Shown here: positions 12,001 through 23,314 of the stretch, piece by piece
Layout: each line of letters begins with the position of its first letter
How positions within the stretch are numbered: the first letter of the stretch is position 1
NCBI GenBank assembly: GCA_000442015.1
Contig: KE561174.1
Coordinates: forward strand, 1-56,547
Direction of reading: 5' to 3'
DNA from: Rozella allomycis CSF55
Taxonomy: Eukaryota
DNA: 56,547 nucleotides
Position numbers and translations under genes: made by a program
Notes under the pieces: model-generated
Seen by the model: only the letters and a program-made list of their open reading frames with translations
Databases searched by the model: none
Told to the model about the DNA's origin: nothing

Positions 12001-13158
12001 CTACACTCTAAATCAAAACTACATTGTCCCGCCAAAAGGCAACTACGATTCCTACCTCCAGTTCATCAGAAACCTACCACTCAATGCATCCCCCGACGTC
12101 TTTGGCATCCACGAAAACGGCGAAATATCTAAACAACTCGCCGAAACAAAATCGCTCTTCGACTCTCTCCTCCTCACCACCGAAAACATCTCCTCGCAGA
12201 AAAACTCTGCCTCCAACCTGCTGGAAAACGTCGTTTCCGATATCCTCGGCAAACTAACCACGCCCTTCAACATTGACCTCGTGCAGCGCAAGTTTCCAAT
12301 CTCATACAACAATTCTATGAACACTGTGCTCGTGCAGGAAATGATCAGGTACAACAAACTCATCTCGGTGATCCACTCCAGCCTCGTTAATGTCGAAAAG
12401 GCGCTTAAGGGGCTGATTGTCATGTCGAGCGAGCTGGAGGATATTTGCAAGAGTATACTTATGGGAAAAGTGCCGGTGCAGTGGGCATCCAAATCGTATC
12501 CGTCCCTGAAGCCGCTTGGAAGCTATGTGAATGATCTGCTCAAGAGGATAACGTTTTTGAATGCGTGGTTTGAGAATGGTGCGCCGTTGGTTTATTGGCT
12601 GCCTGGGTTCTTTTTCACGCAGTCTTTCATCACAGGTAATGCAGAGAGTATTTAGTTAATCTAGGTAATAAAGAAAATATTTAGTTTAATTAGGTAATAG
12701 AGAGAAAATTTAGTTAATTAGGTGCATTGCAGAATTACGCTAGAAAATATACAATTCCAATAGACGAACTATCCCTAGACTTTGAACTAGTCTACAACGT
12801 CACAGAACCACCAACAGACGGCGTCTACGTCAACGGTCTCTTCCTTGAAGGCGCCCGCTGGTCCAAAACTAAACACTGTCTCGCTGAATCATATCCCAAA
12901 GAATTATACGACGCCCTCCCAACTATTCTCTTCAAACCAATCAAATCAACTGAACTCAAACCGAAAAGTGTTTATGAATGTCCAGTGTACAAGACTAGCG
13001 AGAGAAAAGGTAAATGGGTTGTTGAAGATTGAGTAGGGACGCTGAGCACTACGGGGCATTCCACTAATTATGTGCTGACACTTAGGCTGCCGACTGATAA
13101 GCAGGAGAAACATTGGGTTAATGCGGGAGTTGCTGCTTTACTACAATTAGACGATTAA
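86..13158 (+). CDS. Axonemal dynein heavy chain, single-headed inner-arm class (DNAH3/7/12-like), multi-exon
   Basis: AAA1 [48 protein letters not shown], stalk/[28 protein letters not shown]-terminal [13 protein letters not shown]...LLQLDD*. ORF pieces are joined by 26-31 nt GT-AG introns and five stacked intron arrays; N-join at 9322. Confidence 0.96.
8221..8339 (+). other. Stacked mini-intron array 1 (4 units: 8221-8250, 8251-8280, 8281-8311, 8312-8339)
   Basis: Each unit is GTAA...TAG (30/30/31/28 nt). Removing all four joins TTRK|VVAAEE in frame. Confidence 0.9.
9736..9820 (+). other. Stacked mini-intron array 2 (3 units: 9736-9764, 9765-9792, 9793-9820)
   Basis: Each unit is GTAA...AG (29/28/28 nt). 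Removal restores [14 protein letters not shown]. Confidence 0.9.
10997..11112 (+). other. Stacked mini-intron array 3 (4 units: 10997-11026, 11027-11055, 11056-11084, 11085-11112)
   Basis: Units are 30/29/29/28 nt; units 1 and 2 are near-identical, as are 3 and 4. Removal restores the conserved [11 protein letters not shown]. Confidence 0.92.
11462..11609 (+). other. Stacked mini-intron array 4 (5 units: 11462-11490, 11491-11520, 11521-11549, 11550-11578, 11579-11609)
   Basis: Units are 29/30/29/29/31 nt, all GTAAT...YTAA...AG. Removal restores [14 protein letters not shown]. Confidence 0.92.
12636..12721 (+). other. Stacked mini-intron array 5 (3 units: 12636-12664, 12665-12693, 12694-12721)
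   Basis: Units are 29/29/28 nt and mutually homologous (GTAAT...TTTAGTT(T)AAT...TAG). Removal restores [14 protein letters not shown]. Confidence 0.92.
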
Positions 13159-13221
13159 CAATGGAGAAACAATAAATAGAACTTGAAATTCATTGCATTA
13201 TTTATTTTTACATCTCATCAA

Positions 13222-15187
13222 TCATGATTGCCTTTTAATTCTTACTGCCAAACAAATAAATCCAATAAAGCGCACCACACATATAAAAACAATCATATTC
13301 ACTACCATCCCACTATACGAAACTTCTTTTTCAACTCCGAATTCCGTCAAATACTCACTCCCCTCAACCTTCACCACACAATGCCCGCCAACCACATCCC
13401 GTTCCGCACATTTAAACAAGTGTCCTCCAAACTGCGAATACAATATCGCCTTGTACGCAAACGCCATTGGATTGATATACTCTATCCATCTTAAATACAC
13501 AGGCACTCCACTCAATTTAACTTGTTCAAACACACAAATTACATTACCGAAAAACCCGTTGAAGAGTGTAAATATCACTTGCACGATATTCGCTACAATG
13601 TTGCACGTCTGCACCTTGCCACACAGCGCGCCAACAGCAATATACAAAGACACAGATGACAGAAGCATCAGCATCATGAACAGCTGGAACACGCCAAACT
13701 TGTATTCATCTAATGGAAGCCCAATCATAAAGTAGATGATCGTTGACGCTATACATGAGCAGATACAGTGCACAGGGATCTCAGCAATATTGCGCGCCAT
13801 GTAAAATGTAGCGATTGAATACATCCCCGAAAGAGATTCGCGCTTCAGTGTTGCCAGTTCAATGGGGAATAAAAGAACAACATCGAATGGCAAGTAGGAA
13901 ATTAGTACAACGGAAAAGGATAGCACACTGAATATGTCGCGAATAGAGGCTGTTGTGTCGTCTAGCTGGTAAAACACTGATCCTATTAGAAGCGGAATCA
14001 AGGTGCAGAAACATAGTTGCGTCCACACGGCTGACGGATCTTTGAGCTTGAAAATAAAGGCGCGCTCGAGCAAAATCAAAAATTTGGTGAATGACGAATT
14101 GCTTAAGAGCGGTGGTAACGCCGGCAGCTTTTCTATATGCTCTGTTTTCACATTCTTGAGTCGTTTTTGGAATGAAGTGACCAGTCTTTTTTGGACGATG
14201 GATTCAGAGTTTCCACGCAATTCAATATCATCCTTGTTTGCAACAATGATATCGTGCTCATCGGAATTGGTTGTATCAAGAACATCAAGAAAAAAGTCAG
14301 CGGCGTTTTCATAAAGTGGGACTTGCAATCCATTTTCACTGTAAAAGTCTATGGCGTCTTTGAACTTGCCAAAGAATACTGTGCGGCCTTTACTCATAAT
14401 CATCAGATTGTTGATTAAATTTAGAATTTGGATGCGCGGTTGATGAAGGGTAACGATAATCGCCTTACCCTCCTTGGCAAGATTCTCGAGAATTTTCATG
14501 ACTTTTAAAGAATTCACGGCATCTAATCCTGATGTAGGCTCATCCAACAATAAAACATCGACACCTGATATTATCTCATTAAATTTGCAAATTGAATTTA
14601 CTTGGCATCCAATCATTAAACGTCGAAGCTCACCGCCAGAAATTCCTTTCCCTTTCATCTCTGATTTATGAATTTACTCATTTCATCTCCGATTCTTACA
14701 TTCGCACAACTACTTAATCCAAGCTTCTCCAATGTTTCATCAACAATCTGCACAATTTTCTTCTTTGAATGAACTCCAGACAGCTTCAATCGGGCTATTT
14801 AAATTAAATATTGCAAGGAACCTTCATACATCATTGTCTCACGGACAGTTAAACATGAAAAGTACTTGACATTTTGATACACGTACCCAATTCTCCTCTT
14901 GATGTCATTAGGATATGGTTGCCCGAAATACTTTTTGGATCCTTGAATTGTAAATTGATGCAAATCACGATCCGCTAGAATATTTAACAATGTTGTCTTG
15001 CCACTGCCGCTGAATCCAAGGACTATTCCATACATTAATTTATCGTACTTGCCAAGATTTCACCGGGTAACACATAGCCACTACATTTTCTTAGGATTGT
15101 AATACTTTTTGATTGCTTTTTCTTCAAAATGGGAACAATTGACTTGGATCTTATTTCACCTTGGACGTTAAGATCTTGCCATTCCAT
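13222..15187 (-). CDS. ABCG (white-like) half transporter, multi-exon
   Basis: Walker A GFSGSGKTT, signature ISGGE, LLLDEPTSGLD, LHQP, then a C-terminal ABC2 membrane domain. The start (MEWQDLNV) was read by hand. Confidence 0.9.
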
Positions 15188-15319
15188 TATCAATTATAGT
15201 TTAAGCATGTGACATTCTTTTAAAAGGTAAAAACCTTATATAATTAGATTCAACGTAATCCCAGTAATGCTATTTTTGTCATTCCCGAAATTTCAGGTCC
15301 TGTTCAAAGGAACCTGGTC

Positions 15320-16130
15320 ATGTCAAAGCAAACTGCCAAACCAGTCGATGAGTTTCGAAATGGTATTAAAGAAAAGGCTCTAGATACAGTACACAAAATT
15401 TTCCCAGCCAAAGTGGAACATCTCACAAGGTTGATCAACGTAGTTTTGAAATATTTTTTTCGAGCTAGGATATGTACAAATATGATTCTTTGCCATTTGT
15501 TTCTCAAATGAACGAAGAAGATAACAAGATTAAAAGGATAAAGATGTATCACGAACTTGATAAAATATATGATGGTGAGCACCTCATATCCAAGGTATAG
15601 AAATTTGTGTTTAGTGAAAAGAGTATTGATGAAATGCTTGGTCAATTGAAAAATGAAGTATCAGAATTAATGGAATATGTTAATTGTGTCAAGATTTTTA
15701 TTCAGCTCAACATTCCGGTAAACTTCGTTGTTATTCTTTGAAAGAAAATCGAAGATGGAAATAACTTTGGCGTTCAAGTACAAGAAGAGGCTGTTAATGA
15801 GTTGAGCAGAGCTGAAGAGTCTGGATTTGCATTGCTTGACACCATCAACAAGTATTTTATGACGAGAGGAAAAGTGTTAAGCAAGGTATAAATTGTACAT
15901 TCAAATAATCAGGTATTTAAATATCCAGACAATCAAGACTATAAGAGGGGTATTAAAGAATTGGATGAGAAACAAATATTTTCAATCAGACTGTCCATGG
16001 TTGGTAAATACATTATCTTTATGTAATTATAGATCTTAGAAACAATTATGTTATTTTATACGACATGATTCAAAAGAATATTGATAAAATCATGAAACCT
16101 AGATCGTCGAATGCTGCTGCATTGTATTAG
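15320..16130 (+). CDS. Proteasome activator PA28/11S (PA28gamma-like), multi-exon
   Basis: Spliced translation has the activation loop IQLNIPKIEDGNNFGVQVQEE, KYP..DY and C-terminal KNIDKIMKPRSSNAAALY*. Confidence 0.9.
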
Positions 16131-16158
16131 AAGAATAAATGAAGTCATTTTTATTAAT

Positions 16159-17466
16159 TTATTTTCCATTTCGCTGAAGATACTTTCGATACGCAATTCC
16201 TAGTATCGCCATACATGATAGAACGCCAACAGATATGTAAACGAACATTTCAATGGTGAAATCGCGCTCATTACTTTCGTCCACATTTACATTCGCATGC
16301 TCGGTCATAATTTCTGTGTCTTTAATGTTTTGTATATGACCTTGAATTTCATTCTCAATTTCCTTTTCTTTCATTTGTTCTGTGGCTTCAATAACGCTGA
16401 TTTTTCCAGTATCAGGGGCAGTCTCAGTCTCGGGCTCAGGCATTTCTAAATCGCAGTCATCATTTTCACTTTCTGGGCTTGTCAAATCAGAATCAGCTAT
16501 GATTTGATCTTCATTCACATCTTTCAAGATGATTTCTTTTTCACCAATCGCAAACTTTGAACAGTCGAGGTTTTCTTTTCGGATACTTTCTCCATACATC
16601 AATTTATTAAATTTTGAATAAAGACCGTCGGGTTGTGAGTATTGTTCAAGTGTCATGAAGGCACTTTTCATTGGCTTAAACTCAATAGGCCCTTTAAATT
16701 TATTTGTTCCGATAGAAGACGAAATATCCTTAATTGAATTCATGACATAAATATTGCTCATGGATTTCTTTATGAAATCCTTGTTAACATTCATTTGCAA
16801 GCGTGTTGGGAAAGGGGCATCAGAGACGCATATATTAATAGAGCATATAGAATTAGATTCCATTAATTCTTCAGAAGATGAAAATACCATAGTGTAATTC
16901 GAACTTTTCTTCAGATGTAGTAGAAAATCGTTCAATGATGGTTCTTTTAAATCACTATTCGTATCTTCCATTTCATTGTATCTTAATTGAATCATATTAG
17001 TTTTTGATTCGAAAGCTATGATCATCACAATTTTGATTATCGGTGCCAATTGCTGATAAATCACATCGATATCAATTTTCTCAAAATCTTCTTCGTCAAA
17101 GATTATGACAGCCATGTCAATGTCTTTATTGTAGTATTTAAGGAATGGAATGGTTTCCTTTATAATAGTGTCTTTTGTAGTTTCAAGTTTGAACACATTG
17201 TGCCAAAGTCTAGCATGATGGTTCACTGTTAAGTCATTCATAGTCCCTACGCTTTCCATTTTGGAAGTCTTGTCAGAAGGATAAACAATGTTGTTGTTGC
17301 AAGTCTTTGAAGGGGAAATGGATTGAATAATTTTGCTGATTTCAAGGTTGGCAGTTTTGTAGTATGACGAGTATGGGTCTCTCAAGTACGAGCGTATATA
17401 TACATTCATACTGTAGACATGGTATGTGACCAACAATGCAAAGAAAATAGACCCAAGCTGTACCAT
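16159..17466 (-). CDS. Hypothetical type I membrane protein (signal peptide, acidic stalk, C-terminal TM), intronless
   Basis: 435-aa ORF with hydrophobic N-terminus, E/D-rich linker and TM (FVYISVGVLSCMAILGIAY) followed by a basic tail. No family recognised. Confidence 0.7.
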   Translation of the reverse strand: MVQLGSIFFALLVTYHVYSMNVYIRSYLRDPYSSYYKTANLEISKIIQSISPSKTCNNNIVYPSDKTSKMESVGTMNDLTVNHHARLWHNVFKLETTKDTIIKETIPFLKYYNKDIDMAVIIFDEEDFEKIDIDVIYQQLAPIIKIVMIIAFESKTNMIQLRYNEMEDTNSDLKEPSLNDFLLHLKKSSNYTMVFSSSEELMESNSICSINICVSDAPFPTRLQMNVNKDFIKKSMSNIYVMNSIKDISSSIGTNKFKGPIEFKPMKSAFMTLEQYSQPDGLYSKFNKLMYGESIRKENLDCSKFAIGEKEIILKDVNEDQIIADSDLTSPESENDDCDLEMPEPETETAPDTGKISVIEATEQMKEKEIENEIQGHIQNIKDTEIMTEHANVNVDESNERDFTIEMFVYISVGVLSCMAILGIAYRKYLQRNGK

Positions 17467-17619
17467 AAAGTTATAAATGTGGCTGTCAATTTAATTTATG
17501 TTGATCTTTAGCTAATAAGGAAATTAATTTCATTCATTCGATTGTTCAACATATTAGTTTCTCTCACATTTTAATAAGAGGCAATCGTTTTGCTGAGCCT
17601 CAAAGGCAAGGAGTTCTTT

Positions 17620-19615
17620 ATGAATTTTTCTTGGAATACAAAGTCTTTGAAGAAGCCTAAAGTTAGCCTTTTTGAAGATGATGAAGAAGAAGATAAAATG
17701 AATCTAAAGAAAAAAGTAAAATTGGAAGACAAGAATAGCGACAGTGATGATGTTGACCTGGATAAATATCTAAACGAGATGGAATGCCAGGCAGAAAAGG
17801 ATTTAAAAGACGCTGGCAGTAATCAAAATATTGTAATTACATTTGGTCCATGTAACAGATAAGACGGGATGATATTGAAGAGGAGGACTTTGTCGAGAGC
17901 TATATTAATGAGCTTGAAAAGAAAGGAATAGCCAATTTAGAAAATATGTAATAATTAATGCGAAAAATTAAAAAGTACAGAAGAAGATGCTGAGGAGCAA
18001 GCAAAGTTAAAGGCAAAAGTAGTAGAGCCACTCCCTCCAGTGGATCATTCATCTATTGAATATTTGCCAATTAGCAAATATTTTTACAGGGAGCATGAAG
18101 ATATTAAAAATCTTGATAAAGAAAAAGTAGAATCACTTCGAAGAGAAATGGATATTCATGTTTTGGGGACAGACGTTGCAAAGCCTTGTATATCGTTTTC
18201 GCACTTCAATTTGGACAAGGAATTGTTGAATGTCATTTCAAAGCAGGGATACTCACAACCTTCTGATATTCAAAAACAGGCAGTTCCAGTTGCCCTTGAG
18301 GGACGAGACATTATTGGGATAGCCAAGACTGGGAGTGGCAAAACAGCGGCTTATTTATTACCATTAATGGTCCACATTATGGATCAGCCAGAATTAGAGC
18401 AAAGTACTTTTTTGAGAGTGTTTTAAGTAGATGAAGGGCCAATTGGATTGATTTTAGCACCAACAAGAGAACTGGCAATTCAGATATACAAAGAAGCGAA
18501 AATATTTGCAAACGCGTATAAATTAAAGTAAAAAATATATGAACTGAAGACAAGGGTATCTTGTGTGTTTGGCGGTGCTTCGAAGCATGAACAGTTTAAG
18601 GCACTACGACAGGGATACGTAGATATCTTAATTGCTACTCCTGTAAATGAATTAGATTATTAAAATAGGGCCGTTTGATTGACATGATAAAAATGAAAGC
18701 AACAAATTTCAAAAGAGTTTCATTTTTAGTGCTAGATGAAGTTGATCAAATGCTTGATTTAAACTTTGAGCCACAAGTCATGTCAATAGCGAATAATGTA
18801 AGACCCGATAGGCAAAGTAAAAACTAAGAAAAAAACATAAATTAGCGTTGCTTTTTAGTGCGACATTTCCTGAAAGAATCCAAAATATTGCAAGGTCATT
18901 AACAATGAATCCTGTCACAATAAGTATTGGAACAGAAGGATTAGCGAATGAAGATATTGACCAAAAAATTGTTTTACTCAAAAATGAAGAAGAAAAGAAT
19001 AAATGGTTAATTAAAGAGTTGGAAAATTTTCTTTGTGATGGAAGCGTTTTGATTTTTGTGGCAAGAAAAGCATTTACAGAAGAATTATCAAAATTGTTGA
19101 CTGATCAAAGGTACCCTTGCATTGTTATACATGGTGACTTGAATCAAATAGAAAGAGACGCTGCCATTAAACAATTCAGATCGAATCCTGTTTCTGTTTT
19201 AATAGCAACAGATGTGGCAGGTAATATTATTTTAAGTGTAAAATAGCGCGCGGGCTTGATATTAAGCACATCAGAAACGTTGTCCATTACAATCCAGCCA
19301 AAGATATAGAGACTCACATTCACAGAAGTGGTCGAACTGGAAGAGCTGGTAAAAATCTTCTCTTTATTTCATCAAGGTGCTAAAGGAACTTCTTTTTGCC
19401 TTTTATCACCTAGTGATGATCGATTTGCTGGAGAATTAGTGAAAATGTTAGAATTGGCTGGAAAAGATGTTTCTAAAGAATTAATGAATCTTGCAATGTC
19501 GGTAAAATATAATTCTTATTGTTATTAGAATTTCAAGTTCAAAAGGGCGAGATTGGGCATTTCAACTGGGCCGAGAAGTGGTCAACGAAGATCAAAGAAA
19601 CACAAAGGATTTTGA
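17620..19615 (+). CDS. DDX42: DEAD-box RNA helicase DDX42 (SF3b125)-like, multi-exon
   Basis: DHSSIEY N-terminal motif, Q motif, [58 protein letters not shown]. Confidence 0.8.
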
Positions 19616-19694
19616 TTATAATAAAAATGATATATTGAATCTCAGCTTAGCTTGGTAGTAAGTAATTAACAATTAGAATTTCGATGTATATCTT

Positions 19695-20266
19695 TTATTT
19701 CGTTTTCTTCAAATCGTTCTTTGCTTTAATCTCATCCAGTGATTTGACAATGTTCAGCATCCATCCTCTAATATAATTTGTGTAAACATACAATGCGCCC
19801 TAAGATCACCCCCACTCTATTCGTTTACATTATGACTGAACAGCCAGTATAAAAATGTTGCCTTGACTAAATAATAAAACGGAATCCAGTAAAGAATCAG
19901 CTCTGAAAAGAATTCAACAATAGAAAATGCAGCGAAAACCATCCAATATGTTAGCCATTGCGTGTCATCTTCTTTTTCCTTTGATTCAATTGCTAGGAAT
20001 GTGGCATAGGCTGGATACACAAAACCAACCAAATTGACAATTAAATGACCACCTACATTGAAGATAACTAGAATTAAAACTAGGCACACGATAATCCCTG
20101 TAAGATGCACTTTTGGGACACCGGTCTTTTTTTCTAGAAATAGCAAAGGCGGATATTTAGCCAGTTCTTTATCAAGTTGAGATTGCAGATTTTTAACGTC
20201 CAAGTTATTTAACTGCTGCTTTGCCAAACTGAAAAGTGCGCTCGGAGAAAGCGGTTGCGAACTCAT
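19695..20266 (-). CDS. YOP1: ER-shaping protein Yop1/REEP5 (TB2/DP1 family)
   Basis: LEKKTGVPK, VGFVYPAYATFLAIES, DDTQWLTYW, WIPFYY; one short 3' intron. Confidence 0.9.
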
Positions 20267-20503
20267 TATGTGGCTTGGTGGTTCAGGAAGATTAATGGTG
20301 TTAATATTTGTGCCAATTATTGAGATTCATTGAATGGCCGAGTCTTAATGATACGCGAATTAATCATTGACTGTTTTGGTAATGGTAGAATCAGTATTTA
20401 CATGGCGGATTGAACAAAGCACTAGAAAATTCATGAGCGACGCTAGTAAACTTCTAATAAGAAAAAAATGAAATATGTATTAAAAGTTTATTATAATGCC
20501 GTT

Positions 20504-22789
<2,286 letters not shown>

Positions 22790-22856
22790 TGTGGCTAGGT
22801 TTGGAAATAGTCCTATTTTAACTATGAATCTCAACATATGTAATACTAAAAGCGGA

Positions 22857-22870
22857 GTTGCCATGGTAAT
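22857..22870. promoter_or_regulatory. RFX X-box-like palindrome
   Basis: gttgccatggtaat is close to consensus GTTGCCATGGYAAC and lies about 70 bp upstream of the inferred RIX7 start. Confidence 0.35.
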
Positions 22871-23210
22871 TGGTTGTCAAGAATATAATTGAACCTTCCA
22901 TGATGCCAATAATGAGTAGTATTTTCTATTTTGAATGCTTATAAGTTGTCGTCTGAGCCTAAACTACTCTTTACGAGTGATGTGAGTACAAACCCTCAAC
23001 TATGGACAATGGCATCGAACCTGGATGTGCTAATTAAAGATATGCGATCTAAGAAGACATATCTAGAATCAAACTCTTTTTAGTTAAGCGCAAGTATGGA
23101 GTACAGATGCCTCTCAAGGCAATTGCAAAATTATACCATGCTTACCATCTGGATTATAGTATCGGTTTTATCTATGCGAGAATTGAGAAACATAACGAAC
23201 ATAATCCAGT

Positions 23211-23245
23211 TTTTTAATGCGAGCGAAGCGAGTACAACCGCTAGT
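23211..23245 (+). mobile_element. Helitron-like terminus, copy 2
   Basis: Identical to 6-40; intergenic, about 70 bp upstream of the protease start. Confidence 0.6.
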
Positions 23246-23314
23246 ATCTCTTCAAAATTCAACATCACAACTTTTATTTCACATATTTTCGGTTATCATG
23301 GTTACATACATTGA

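Noticed and set aside
8221-12721. The ~30-nt periodic arrays read as CRISPR arrays or plain minisatellites
   Set aside because: Eukaryotic gene context, no constant repeat with unique spacers and no cas genes. The period equals intron length and each unit has splice signals.
86-13158. Fragmented ORFs suggesting pseudogenes or stop-codon reassignment
   Set aside because: Breaks coincide with GT-AG mini-introns whose removal restores conserved motifs under the standard code.
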